A DNA stretch of 64,000 nucleotides from Desulfomonilia bacterium (GCA_963664325.2 CAXXDQ010000005.1:64001-128000), one strand, 5' to 3'; shown: positions 1 to 9,095, counted from the first letter of the stretch. The notes: generated by a model from the sequence alone, not told the origin. Translations and numbers: made by a program.

Positions 1-255
1 ACCATCTTTTCAAATCAGGCAACTCAAAGTATGAGTGTGCCTGGAATAGCTTACGACCGTTTTGCAGCCAATTATATTTGTAAATATCAACTAATTGTCG
101 GAGGGCACGAAATAAGAATTGATACCGTGTATAGCGAGATAAAATTGTTCTGGGCATGGCTCGAAAAAATTGTCGTAATAGAGCCATCACACGTAAAAGA
201 TTATATATGGGGCAACCCAACGATTATCTGTTCAGAAATAAAAATGAAAACCTAA
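1..255 (+). CDS. 3' part of a hypothetical protein (runs off window edge), probable gene cassette
   Basis: Frame open from position 1 to TAA at 253-255; AT-rich; stop lies inside an attC-like ACCTAAC box. Confidence 0.5.
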   Translation, partial: TIFSNQATQSMSVPGIAYDRFAANYICKYQLIVGGHEIRIDTVYSEIKLFWAWLEKIVVIEPSHVKDYIWGNPTIICSEIKMKT

Positions 256-305
256 CAAAAGCAATACACCCGATCGCTACGCTCCGGGTGATTTTTTCGT
301 TACAT
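250..305 (+). mobile_element. attC-like integron recombination site
   Basis: ACCTAAC (RYYYAAC) ... CACCCG/CGGGTG inner stem ... GTTACAT; 56-bp imperfect palindrome overlapping the stop codon. Confidence 0.65.
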
Positions 306-580
306 CTCAATGAAGAACCTTTATTTTCAAATTGCTGAAAAAGTATAGCTCTTTGCTTAAGATATGCACCATAAGTCGTTCTAGCAAAACTATAGATTTT
401 ATCACGTCATCTAAATTTTAAACCGATCTGAAAAATTATGGATATCTTGAGGTAATCTTTAGTTAGCAAAACTACAAACAGCATCGGAGACCTGGACAAG
501 TTTTTAAGAATGACAAAGTCCATATCTATGTAAGAAATAACAACTTCATTTCTTTCCCCGAAGAAAAGGTTCGCTGTAAA

Positions 581-697
581 CTAATAAATTATTGCATCGA
601 TCAAAGCCGGAACATTACCCAGAAAGCCAGTCGGAGCTTTTGAAACAAACCGGATATTTCTTGCCCGGTAATCAAGAGATTTTACCTGCCCGGTCAT
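581..697 (-). CDS. Putative 38-aa small protein MTGQVKSLDYRARNIRFVSKAPTGFLGNVPALIDAIIY
   Basis: ATG preceded by AAGGA; the paralogous copy starting at 24981 shows several synonymous differences. Confidence 0.4.
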   Translation of the reverse strand: MTGQVKSLDYRARNIRFVSKAPTGFLGNVPALIDAIIY

Positions 698-715
698 AAC
701 AAATCCTTATGTTCT

Positions 716-815
716 TCAGGATTGATTAAGCCTTGCGGCAAGGTCTTCGAGCTCTGCCCAGCGCGAATATGCCGTATCGAACTCGCTTTCCACTACATCA
801 AGTCTTGAGTTCGCC
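716..815 (-). pseudogene. Displaced 3' fragment of ABC-F (uup-like) gene
   Basis: ANSRLDVVESEFDTAYSRWAELEDLAARLNQS* matches C-terminus ALARLEAVEAELDAAYTRWSELEDLAAKLNPS* of 25000-26904. Confidence 0.85.
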
Positions 816-842
816 GAGTGAAATAACGTCAGCCGGCTGCTG

Positions 843-1154
843 TCACTGCTCCCGCGGCTTGTAGTCTCTATAAAGCGTTTCAAAGTAAGAAAATGGTCCA
901 AGGGGAATCATTTCAAAGTCGATGAATTTTTCCTGCACAAAAGGCAGTTCGCCAAGCTTGTTCCGTGCTTCGTCAACACTGCCGCATTCAAGCACGAAAA
1001 CAACTCCCAGACGACGATCTTGACAACTGTACATTTCCCGTACAGTACTTTCTTTGTAGAGTTTCCAGGCGTGCCTCACTTCTGCTTCGAGATGGGGCTG
1101 TATATTCTCGATGGTAGTTTGAGGATCAACTTTGGCGATTGCCAGAATCTTCAT
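843..1154 (-). CDS. Muconolactone isomerase-like dimeric alpha/beta-barrel protein
   Basis: 103 aa, E..AW.LY....RE.Y ... VFVLEC.SVDEA...L..LP pattern; RBS AAGGA. Confidence 0.65.
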   Translation of the reverse strand: MKILAIAKVDPQTTIENIQPHLEAEVRHAWKLYKESTVREMYSCQDRRLGVVFVLECGSVDEARNKLGELPFVQEKFIDFEMIPLGPFSYFETLYRDYKPREQ

Positions 1155-1180
1155 AACATCTTTCCTTTTTATGATTAAAT

Positions 1181-2095
1181 TTATTTGAGGGGAGGGGCAA
1201 CTTCCATCGGATTAAGACCATTGGCCGACCAGGCGAATGCCTGATTCCGATCGAGCCGGTTCAAGCGCTCCATGTCGCTATCCGGAATTTCAAAATCGAA
1301 TAAGTTCAAATTTTCTCTTATGCGCTCAGGTTTGCCGCTTTTCGTCAATACGCAATAGCCGTGCTGCAATCCCCACCTCAGCAGCAATCGGGCTTCGGAC
1401 ACCTTCAGTCCGGCCGCGATTTCACGGATGGCCATCTGGCACTCTTTTTTCAGTCCGGCGAGGACTTCTCCGCCCTGTCCCTCTTCAGCCCGCCAGGCGG
1501 CAAGAGGGGCGAGCGAGCTGTATGCAACCGGTTCGATTGCATTCTCCTTCATGTACCGGGTCAAGGCAATCCGGGCGCAAAGTGGATGAAATTCGATCTG
1601 GTTTGCCTCGGGTTTCGCCATGCCTGCATCCATGATCTCTATAATTTGCTCTTCATTATAGTTCGACACCCCGATGTGTTTTGTCAGCCCTGATTTTTTC
1701 AGTTCCATCAAAGCGTTCCACTGTTCCAGCCTGAGTTCCGAGAGCGGGGCATGAATAAGGTAAAGATCAACATGATCAAGCCTGAGCTGTCCCAGCTGAT
1801 TCTTCAGCGTTTCAATGGTTTGCTTGCGGGTTTTTTCTGGCGCCCCCCACTCTTTGTATCCGGGAAAAAGTTTTGTGGTTATGAAAATATCATCCCGTGG
1901 AACGCCTGCTGCCTTTATTCCCCTGCCGGTGCCCTCTTCATTATTATAGCCTTCGGCTGAATCGATATGCCGGAAACCCTCAATAAGGGCCTCCTTGACA
2001 CAGGCTTCGGCCTGGTCAATTGACAGCTGGTAGGTGCCGAATCCCACGAGAGGCATGCCTATTTTATTGCGTGTCGATCTTGTTATTTCCATCAT
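1181..2095 (-). CDS. Aldo/keto reductase (2,5-DKG reductase-like)
   Basis: MPLVGFGTYQ, GFRHIDSAEGY, DIFITTK, DLYLIH, IGVSNY motifs. Confidence 0.92.
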   Translation of the reverse strand: MMEITRSTRNKIGMPLVGFGTYQLSIDQAEACVKEALIEGFRHIDSAEGYNNEEGTGRGIKAAGVPRDDIFITTKLFPGYKEWGAPEKTRKQTIETLKNQLGQLRLDHVDLYLIHAPLSELRLEQWNALMELKKSGLTKHIGVSNYNEEQIIEIMDAGMAKPEANQIEFHPLCARIALTRYMKENAIEPVAYSSLAPLAAWRAEEGQGGEVLAGLKKECQMAIREIAAGLKVSEARLLLRWGLQHGYCVLTKSGKPERIRENLNLFDFEIPDSDMERLNRLDRNQAFAWSANGLNPMEVAPPLK

Positions 2096-2160
2096 TAACC
2101 TCCTTTGAAAATCGCCGGTCTGCGATAATCAATTTAAATGATAATTAAATTTTCACAATA

Positions 2161-2190
2161 CCTGATCCTGTTAATTATTGCCTGATCCTG
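2161..2190. promoter_or_regulatory. Tandem direct repeat CCTGATCCTG-N10-CCTGATCCTG, probable AraC (YqhC-like) operator
   Basis: Two identical 10-mers with 20-bp period between the divergent AKR and AraC genes. Confidence 0.6.
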
Positions 2191-2273
2191 CGGAACTCGG
2201 AAAAAAACATTGCGAAATTGAGGTTATTATCCTACGTTTTTGCAAAATCCCATATGAATGGCGGTAATGACAA

Positions 2274-3170
2274 ATGCATGAAAAACAGAGGAACCTGATT
2301 GCGCTGTTTACAGCCTTGATGCCGAAAGAAGCTTCTCTAGCCACATCAGTCAAGGGGATATCCCTGTTTCGGATTGATGATTCTTTTTCCCGGACACCCT
2401 ATTCATATAATTCCGAAATCATAATTCTTGCGCAGGGAGAAAAACATACCTACCTTGGAAACGAGGTGTTTACCTATGATGCCTCACATTATCTGGTTCT
2501 TCCCGTTCCAATGCCCCTTGAATGCGAAGGCATGGCCAAACCGGGCAAGCCGATACTGGGCCTCTCCATTGCCATTGATCCGATCGAAGTCGGTGAGATA
2601 CTGTTGAATATGGAGGATGTCCGGAAAGAAATTCGATCTCTGCCGAGGGGGATATACGGCGCTCCGATGAATGAGGCGCTTTACGACGCAGTGATAAGGC
2701 TTCTTCAGGCAATCGCCGACCCTCTTGACAAAAAGGTGCTCGCGCCGATGATTAAAAGGGAAATTGTCTATCGGGTCCTGCAGGGCGAAAAAGGAGAGAT
2801 TCTTCAGGCCCTTGTTCACCGCAACAAGCGGTTTTTTCAGATCGCAAAAGTGCTTCAGAAAATCCACGAATCATGCAGCAGTGATTTTGATATGGAGAAA
2901 CTGGCAAAAGAATTGGACATGAGCAGCTCCACATTTCACAGCAGCTTTAAGGCGGTGACGGATACATCGCCCCTGCAGTATATCAAAAATATCCGTCTGC
3001 ACAAGGCGCGAACCTTTATGATTCAGGATGGGCAGAATGCAAATATGGCCGCGATGCAGGTGGGATACGAAAGCCCTTCCCAGTTCAACAGGGAATACAA
3101 GCGCCTGTTCGGAGTAACGCCGGCGAAAGATGCGACAGTTCTTCGCGGGCAGCTCATGGTTAATCGGTAA
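2274..3170 (+). CDS. AraC-family transcriptional regulator (YqhC-like)
   Basis: N-terminal QGEK...YD...YL sensing domain; C-terminal MSSSTFHSSFK...SPLQY.K..RL and VGYESPSQFNREYKRLFG HTH. Confidence 0.93.
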   Translation: MHEKQRNLIALFTALMPKEASLATSVKGISLFRIDDSFSRTPYSYNSEIIILAQGEKHTYLGNEVFTYDASHYLVLPVPMPLECEGMAKPGKPILGLSIAIDPIEVGEILLNMEDVRKEIRSLPRGIYGAPMNEALYDAVIRLLQAIADPLDKKVLAPMIKREIVYRVLQGEKGEILQALVHRNKRFFQIAKVLQKIHESCSSDFDMEKLAKELDMSSSTFHSSFKAVTDTSPLQYIKNIRLHKARTFMIQDGQNANMAAMQVGYESPSQFNREYKRLFGVTPAKDATVLRGQLMVNR

Positions 3171-3192
3171 ACATACACTTTTTATATAAAGT

Positions 3193-4188
3193 TCATTGGT
3201 TGACCGCCGACATTTCTTCGGGTGAATACCGGTCTCCCAGGACCCTGCCGGCCAGGTTATCGAGCACACGCAGGTCTTCACCGGCAAGCCGGCAGTCGAG
3301 CGCCCCAAGATTGGTTTTGAGATTGGCAAGCTTTGTAGTGCCGGGAATGGCTGCAATATGATCCCCCCGGCTCAATACCCAGGCCAGGGCGACCTGCGCT
3401 GCAAGGCATTCCTTTCGGGCGGCAATCTCCTTGATTGCCTCCACCAGTCTGAGGTTGGCCTCTATATTGCCGGGCTGAAATCGGGGCTGCATTTGGGAGC
3501 GGAAATCCGTCTCATTGACAGGACGCTCACTGGCCGAATTATAGCGGCCCGTCAGCATTCCCCGGCCTAAGGGCGAATAGGCGACCAGGCTGATGTTCAG
3601 CTCCATGCATGCGGGGAGGATGTCCCGCTCGATATCCCGGCTGAAAATCGAATACTCGGTCTGAAGTGCGGCGATCGGATAAACGGCGTTCGCCCGCCTG
3701 ATTGTCTCAGCCGAAGCCTCCGACAGACCGACAGCCCTTATTTTACCTTCTTCAACCAGCTTCGCCATCTCTCCCACCGTCTCTTCGATCGGAGTGGACG
3801 GGTCCACACGGTGGAGATAATAAAGATCAATCCTGTCAGTACCCAGCCGCTGAAGGCTCTTTTCGCATGAGCTGCGGACATTGGCCGGAGAGCCGTCAAC
3901 CCCGACAAAAGCGCCTGTGGCCGGGTCCCTTTTGGGCCCGAACTTGGTGGCCAGCACTATTTGCTTCCATCGCCCGGCAAAGGCCTTGCCCAGCAATTGC
4001 TCGTTGCGCCCCTGGCCGTAAATTTCCGCGGTATCAAAGTGGGTGACTCCCAGGTCTATCGCCCGGTGGAGCAAATTAATGGCTTCCGACTCTTGCGCGG
4101 GCGGTCCGTAAAACTCGGAAAGGCCCATGCAGCCAAGTCCGATGGCGGATACTGAAATCCCTGATTTTCCAAGATTACGTGTAATCAT
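3193..4188 (-). CDS. Aldo/keto reductase
   Basis: IGLGCMGLS, FDTAEIYG, LATKFG, DLYYLHRVD, AYSPLGRG, IPGT motifs. Confidence 0.94.
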   Translation of the reverse strand: MITRNLGKSGISVSAIGLGCMGLSEFYGPPAQESEAINLLHRAIDLGVTHFDTAEIYGQGRNEQLLGKAFAGRWKQIVLATKFGPKRDPATGAFVGVDGSPANVRSSCEKSLQRLGTDRIDLYYLHRVDPSTPIEETVGEMAKLVEEGKIRAVGLSEASAETIRRANAVYPIAALQTEYSIFSRDIERDILPACMELNISLVAYSPLGRGMLTGRYNSASERPVNETDFRSQMQPRFQPGNIEANLRLVEAIKEIAARKECLAAQVALAWVLSRGDHIAAIPGTTKLANLKTNLGALDCRLAGEDLRVLDNLAGRVLGDRYSPEEMSAVNQ

Positions 4189-4222
4189 TTAGACTCCTTT
4201 ATCCTTAAATGATCGCTGATCA

Positions 4223-4909
4223 TCAGAGCGCAAAGCGAGGGTACCTGCGCCACTTTTCAGGCACCTTTTCCTTTTCCGGGACAATATGTGCGGAGCATGC
4301 GGGTGAGCCTTCGGGTATGAGGTCCTCGATGAGCATCCTCGCACCCATCATGCGAACACACTGCCGGTCCCACTTGTTCGTGGCCATGCAAATCTTCATA
4401 TTGTCGCCGTTTACATACCCGATAGGGCACTGAAGGAACCTGAATTTTACGCTGTCATCCTTTACGTCATCCACCTCGATCTTGAAATCGAAGATGTCCG
4501 TAGCGGTAAAGTAACGGACAGCCGCTTTATTGACATCACTCTTTTCATTATCGAGGCCGAAGATCTTCTGCCTGCCGAGCATGTTCACGGTCATGCGCAT
4601 CGCTATGCGCAGCAGAAGCCTGTCTACGGGTCCGAGGAACTTGAGCGTACGTGCGATGTTGCCAATGCGTTTGAAATTACCAGTCAGCCTGAAATACTCC
4701 TCCTCATTATTCGCCGCCTTTTTCCCCAGGCTGAACAGCATGCCGAAGGCCCTGATCATGACCGAATCCGCAATACGAACGGCAAGTGACCCATTAAGCA
4801 CGGGTTTGCCCTTAATATACAGTGTTTTTGTAAGGATATCGTACTTCTCCTGGATTGTGAGCTTCTTGAGTCCCATCTTGCCATTTCTGTCTGTGACTGC
4901 CATAATCAT
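4223..4909 (-). CDS. Hypothetical protein with C-terminal V4R/ATC-hydrolase-like Cys-containing domain
   Basis: FLQCP...ICMA...WD...EGSPAC Cys pattern; RBS AGGAGG. Confidence 0.55.
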   Translation of the reverse strand: MIMAVTDRNGKMGLKKLTIQEKYDILTKTLYIKGKPVLNGSLAVRIADSVMIRAFGMLFSLGKKAANNEEEYFRLTGNFKRIGNIARTLKFLGPVDRLLLRIAMRMTVNMLGRQKIFGLDNEKSDVNKAAVRYFTATDIFDFKIEVDDVKDDSVKFRFLQCPIGYVNGDNMKICMATNKWDRQCVRMMGARMLIEDLIPEGSPACSAHIVPEKEKVPEKWRRYPRFAL

Positions 4910-4968
4910 ACCTCCTGAATACGATTATACATAACTTTACTTAATCAATGCCGCTCCACTCTGCCATC

Positions 4969-5033
4969 ACCCGACATTCGAATTCACCGGCCGGCGCTGT
5001 TTTGTGCAGGTGTGGTGGAATGACTGGTTCGGC
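4969..5033 (-). mobile_element. Degenerate attC-like site downstream of VOC gene
   Basis: Minus strand GCCGAAC-cagtcattccacc...ggtgaattcgaat-GTCGGGT imperfect hairpin right after the stop. Confidence 0.6.
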
Positions 5034-5037
5034 CCGC

Positions 5038-5433
5038 TCAAGGTATTATTCCGTCTTCTGCAACATATTGAACCACTGACAGAAGGTTTCCGTCTGGGTC
5101 GCGGAACCAGGCCACCCGGCTGCCGTCAGGCAACCGCACGATTCCTTCATCATTATGCGGAAAGTTTGCGAACTTTTCCATATCTATGCCGCGCACTCTC
5201 AATCCGGTTACGACATCTTCAATATTCGACACAGCGAAGCCTAGAACCGTGTGCTCTGAAGGCCGCGACGACGGAACAGGGGATACCCTGAGCATACTGT
5301 TGCCCACTTGGAAGATCAGGGCTCCCAACGACTTTCCCTTCAGGGGAAGCCCAAGAACGTTACAGTAAAAATGTTCGGCTTTATCCATATTCGAAGTGCA
5401 GATTATTGTCTGCAATTTTGACGTCGAAAGCAT
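5038..5433 (-). CDS. VOC/glyoxalase family protein (gene cassette)
   Basis: AEHFYCNVLGL, LGFAVSNI, VAWFRDPDGNLL motifs. Confidence 0.9.
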   Translation of the reverse strand: MLSTSKLQTIICTSNMDKAEHFYCNVLGLPLKGKSLGALIFQVGNSMLRVSPVPSSRPSEHTVLGFAVSNIEDVVTGLRVRGIDMEKFANFPHNDEGIVRLPDGSRVAWFRDPDGNLLSVVQYVAEDGIIP

Positions 5434-5459
5434 TGTAACCTCCCTATCATTTTGCCACC

Positions 5460-5532
5460 ATCCAACGACCAGGCTTGCCGGAATGTGTGAAGCGAGACAA
5501 AACGCATTTCCGGATAATGCGCATGGTTGTTC
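5460..5532 (-). mobile_element. attC-like site downstream of DJ-1 gene
   Basis: Minus strand GAACAAC ... ccggaaatgcg/cacattccgg stem ... GTTGGAT (GTTRRRY). Confidence 0.65.
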
Positions 5533-5538
5533 AATGAG

Positions 5539-6129
5539 TTATATTCCATTTTTTGTAAACCCCATAGAATTTCTAATATGATCGGAGTTTGTTTTGTTTG
5601 TAAGTTTTTCCAGAAGCAGCAATGCCACATCAATGGCGCTCGCCGGATTCCAGCTTGTGATGATGTTTTCATCCATGACTATGGGTTGATCTACGATCTC
5701 CGCACCAAATTCTTTTAAGGCGCTCCTTCGAACCTGGCTATTATATGTTGTCGCCCTTCTGCCTCTCAATATTCCGCTTTTTCCAAGAGGCAATGCGGCA
5801 ACACAAATTGAAGCTATCAGTTTCTTCATTGAATTAAAGTTTTGGATGATCTTCAAGAATGAATCATTATATGCGTCTGCATAAAAACCATATTCTTCAA
5901 ATCCGCCGGGTATCGCCAATGCGTCAAATTCATTTGCATTGATTTCAGTGTTAAGGAAGTCAACTACAATTTTTTGGTCAAAACTTGATCTGACCTCTTT
6001 GGTAAGGCCACAAGAAAATAATTTTGTGGATTTGTCGCCTTCAGTAAGATTCCAGCCCAGCACATCTATAAAGACGCTTGCTTCGTATGTTTCAAAACCA
6101 TTTGCGAGTAAAAGTAGAATCTTTTTCAT
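5539..6129 (-). CDS. DJ-1/PfpI family protein (gene cassette)
   Basis: GFETYE, FDALAIPGG, IASICVA, NIITS motifs; AT-rich. Confidence 0.92.
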   Translation of the reverse strand: MKKILLLLANGFETYEASVFIDVLGWNLTEGDKSTKLFSCGLTKEVRSSFDQKIVVDFLNTEINANEFDALAIPGGFEEYGFYADAYNDSFLKIIQNFNSMKKLIASICVAALPLGKSGILRGRRATTYNSQVRRSALKEFGAEIVDQPIVMDENIITSWNPASAIDVALLLLEKLTNKTNSDHIRNSMGFTKNGI

Positions 6130-6162
6130 CTGCTCCCCTTGATGACTTGATTAACCATTCAT

Positions 6163-6201
6163 TCACAATGATTGGCATCACCGGCGGCGTTAGCCGTCCG
6201 G
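6163..6201 (-). mobile_element. Truncated attC-like half site
   Basis: caatgattggcatcaccggcggcgttagccgtccgg inner hairpin typical of attC; other arm missing. Confidence 0.4.
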
Positions 6202-6240
6202 AGAGAAAGACCAAAGTGGTCGCGTCTCAACTCCAGAATA

Positions 6241-6597
6241 TCACTCTTGCTGAGTCTTTTGATTTTTTTCATCATTATCATCAGGCCTCTTTAAAAATAC
6301 ATAGATATCATATGGTAAAAAAACTGAATCTGATATTAAGGAGAATGGCAGATCTATTAAACCACCAATTAAAAGAAACACCCTTCTTTTCCATACACTT
6401 TTAAGTATCGGTTCCTCTTCCAATTCAGGAGACAGAGCTAAATAAATTGCACTTCCATCCATTATAGTTGCTGGATAAAATTTCATCATTTCTTGGTCAT
6501 CTTCTGACAACGGATGCGAGAATTCAGTTCGTACTACCATAGTTGCACATCCTGTAAGGATAAAAAAACTCAACAGAATAACAAATCTAGTTTTCAT
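6241..6597 (-). CDS. YceK/YidQ-family lipoprotein
   Basis: Lipobox LTGC; IDLPFSLISDSVFLPYD family motif. Confidence 0.8.
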   Translation of the reverse strand: MKTRFVILLSFFILTGCATMVVRTEFSHPLSEDDQEMMKFYPATIMDGSAIYLALSPELEEEPILKSVWKRRVFLLIGGLIDLPFSLISDSVFLPYDIYVFLKRPDDNDEKNQKTQQE

Positions 6598-6715
6598 TTT
6601 CTCTCACTTTCTTCAAACTGTCTTGATCAAGTTAGTCAAAAATATTTCGCCATTCCTGCATGCGCAGCGCCGGAACGTGCCGAACAGCCGCGGAGGTAAC
6701 TCGTCAGCTACAGCA

Positions 6716-6786
6716 GACAAATGTTGCCTGGCCTTGATTCTTGACAAATTGATTAATTGTCCCATTTCAAGGCCTGACACGAAGAC
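6716..6786. repeat. REP-like palindromic element, copy 1
   Basis: ggccttga...gacaa..ttgtc...tcaaggcc hairpin; near-identical direct copy at 9219-9290. Confidence 0.85.
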
Positions 6787-6799
6787 TCCACTAGGCTTA

Positions 6800-7357
6800 T
6801 TACACAAATCCTAAGTTTCCCCAGAGAGCAGCAGTAATTTTTGTTTCAACCTCAATCAGGCATTTCACTGAGTCTGAATCGATAGGATCATGATCTTGGT
6901 ATGTCTGAATTGCTACTCGGTTAATGAGTTTATCATCCTGAAGAAGACAGTACATACCTCCACTGGTATAATCGAAAATATCGGATGTAGGTATTTCAGA
7001 AGGAACAGAAGGAACGCGAAGCGCATCGAATAGAGTTTTAATACGATTATCTATATCACCACCATTCTGAATGATTCTTCCAATTTCATGTGGCACTAAG
7101 ATAGTGATCTTCAAATCCACAACAGTCTTAAGATACTCAGATATCAAAAACCAATACCGCTTTGACCCATGCTCAATGTACATGGGTTTCTCATTTAATT
7201 TACGCGTGCCCTCAAGATCACCAGAAAATGCATTTACGAATTGATCTGATTTGCATAATGACTGAATCTGTGGGTGTAAGGCTTGTCGAATAATGTGCTT
7301 TCCTGTAGCATTGTCTCGACTTTTTAATTTCCCGTAATAATGTAAGCAGAATTCCAT
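6800..7357 (-). CDS. RusA-like endodeoxyribonuclease
   Basis: GDIDNRIKTLFDAL and LLQDDKLI match the RusA DxDNxxKxxxDAL...DD catalytic motifs. Confidence 0.7.
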   Translation of the reverse strand: MEFCLHYYGKLKSRDNATGKHIIRQALHPQIQSLCKSDQFVNAFSGDLEGTRKLNEKPMYIEHGSKRYWFLISEYLKTVVDLKITILVPHEIGRIIQNGGDIDNRIKTLFDALRVPSVPSEIPTSDIFDYTSGGMYCLLQDDKLINRVAIQTYQDHDPIDSDSVKCLIEVETKITAALWGNLGFV

Positions 7358-7369
7358 TATCTCTTTAGC

Positions 7370-7441
7370 CCCTAATACCCCGGCTCACCCTTGAGGAGAC
7401 CGCACAGAGGGCTCTGAATAGGGTGGGGCCGATTATTGGCC
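7370..7441 (-). mobile_element. Degenerate attC-like site
   Basis: Minus strand GGCCAAT-aatcggccccaccct...agggtgagccg-gggt-ATTAGGG; overlaps stop of 7433-7756. Confidence 0.6.
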
Positions 7442-7756
7442 GTCCGTGTGTCTCTTCCAGTTCAGCCGAATGCCCTGTGATAGATTCAGGGCTGCCTTCC
7501 CAAAGAAAATGTTCACTTCGCCGGCCTGATCCATGTGGAGGGTCAATTCCACCTCATCCAGAGCGTATGTGCCCTTCTCAACCGCGCATTCGTTCAGAAA
7601 GGACGATATTTCACGAATGGCGGCAGAAAGGTTCCTCCGCACGACGTCCGGTGGAATCATGGCCACGTTTGCTCCGGCGGCGTGTGCTCCATCAACCGGC
7701 GGGATGTCGGGGCGCGTTCCTCTTGCGGAAATGTCAGATAGGTATCGCACTGGCAT
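7433..7756 (-). CDS. Pepco/Trypco-like (peptidase co-occurring) small protein, 107 aa
   Basis: YALDEVELTLHMDQAGEVNIFFGKAALNLSQGIRLNWKR resembles the Pepco signature; strong RBS AGGAGG before ATG at 7756. Confidence 0.65.
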   Translation of the reverse strand: MPVRYLSDISARGTRPDIPPVDGAHAAGANVAMIPPDVVRRNLSAAIREISSFLNECAVEKGTYALDEVELTLHMDQAGEVNIFFGKAALNLSQGIRLNWKRHTDGQ

Positions 7757-9095
7757 GGCTTTTCTCCTCCTTTCCTGACCACTCGCGTTTGAACGGATCG
7801 ATGCCAAACTGGTCACGGCACGTGTTGACGAATCCACAACTACCAGTGCAACTGTCCAGCATGGCGTTCAGCCTACACTCCGGACAAACGACTTGGCCTG
7901 GGCGAACAGCAATCTCACGGGCACCCCAAAGACAAAGCCTCTGGAACAAAACGGGGAGTACTTCGTCGGCCAGGTGGCCGAAGAAGGTCCCCTGATTGGG
8001 ACAGTCTGCATAGTGGTTGCTGTTGAAGTAGTGCCAGATAGGGACGGGGAAGTCGTGCATGATGACCACAAAGAACGCAGGCAGTGTTGCGAACCATCTG
8101 GCACGAGCTCGCCGATACTGAATTCCCTGCCGAAGCAGCGCACCAAGCGGAGTGTATGCTATTGTAGCCAGTTTTGTGAACTGGTCTTCCGCCGTTCGTA
8201 GGAGTTCTGGCAAGGGTGGAAGCCCAGTTGCCTGTTGCATGGTGCCAATAATTTCGTCAATGTGCTTCATGATGTCGGCATAATCGATCCCTGCGAAGAG
8301 TTGCTCAACGGCTGCAACTGCTGTGTCAAACAGAGTACGAGGATTCATCGGACGTTTGTCTACGACCAAGTGGGATTGCATGCAGTAGTCGCAGAGGATG
8401 GGGATCAATCTGTGTATCCCATTTTCCCGAAAGGCGAGAGTTTCTTCACTTTCGCCGAGCGCGTTTCGGGCCTCGGTATGAATGGACGGAAAGGTCTCGC
8501 GCAGGATCTCGCCCGTTATGATCTCAGCCTCTGCTTCCAGCATGTGTGTCCATCTCAAATCGTCTGTGCTTCGATTAACGCCCATCGCCGCAAAGAACTC
8601 CCGTGGCATTTCTTGCGGGAAGGCACCTTGCACGGCCAGCCATGCGCCCAACCCCGTAAGGGCGATACCTCCCTCATACGCCACCCATTGATCTCGCCAA
8701 CGTTCCAGAATTGGGTTCGTGGTGTCCGGCGACACGACGTACTTCATCAGTGGGATGAGGGGTGGAACGCCACCCTCTCGCATTTCTTTGAGACAGCGAT
8801 AGGTCCAAACGGATTGCTGGTGGCGGCATTCGTAGAAGAAGAGACCCATATTGCGGGTTGTGTACTGAAGGTGGTGCGTGTACTCATGAATGAGACTGCC
8901 GAAAGCTATCGCTCTATCCAAGTCGCAACCTTGATTGTCGAGTCGAATCGTTTCTGCTGATTTGCCAGCCTGCAACGTACTGAAGGCATCCCGCAGCGCC
9001 GCCGTGTAGGCCTGAAGGTAGGCAAGAGTTTCCCCAGGGTTCTGTGAATACGTATGGATGGCTAGCAGTTCCGGGTAGTAGTAGCCTTTTGCCAT
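7734..9095 (-). CDS. HEXXH zinc metallopeptidase-like protein with C-terminal Cys cluster
   Basis: LIHEYTHHLQ motif, downstream MLEAEA candidate third ligand, CPEC...C...C....C at C-terminus. Confidence 0.65.
   Translation of the reverse strand: MAKGYYYPELLAIHTYSQNPGETLAYLQAYTAALRDAFSTLQAGKSAETIRLDNQGCDLDRAIAFGSLIHEYTHHLQYTTRNMGLFFYECRHQQSVWTYRCLKEMREGGVPPLIPLMKYVVSPDTTNPILERWRDQWVAYEGGIALTGLGAWLAVQGAFPQEMPREFFAAMGVNRSTDDLRWTHMLEAEAEIITGEILRETFPSIHTEARNALGESEETLAFRENGIHRLIPILCDYCMQSHLVVDKRPMNPRTLFDTAVAAVEQLFAGIDYADIMKHIDEIIGTMQQATGLPPLPELLRTAEDQFTKLATIAYTPLGALLRQGIQYRRARARWFATLPAFFVVIMHDFPVPIWHYFNSNHYADCPNQGTFFGHLADEVLPVLFQRLCLWGAREIAVRPGQVVCPECRLNAMLDSCTGSCGFVNTCRDQFGIDPFKREWSGKEEKSHASAIPI

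Larger units (their letters stand above)
541..815. repeat. Left copy of diverged direct repeat (uup 3' end + downstream DNA); island boundary
   Basis: Aligns with 24826-25099; near-identical core gatatttcttgccc.gtaatcaagagattttacctgcccggtcat.acaaatcct.atgttcttca. Confidence 0.9.

Noticed and set aside
716-901. 61-aa ORF as a real gene
   Set aside because: Chimeric: an unrelated frame overlapping 843-1154 joined to the uup 3' remnant
8235-8960. 241-aa + strand ORF inside the HEXXH gene
   Set aside because: Fully antisense, no RBS or motif support
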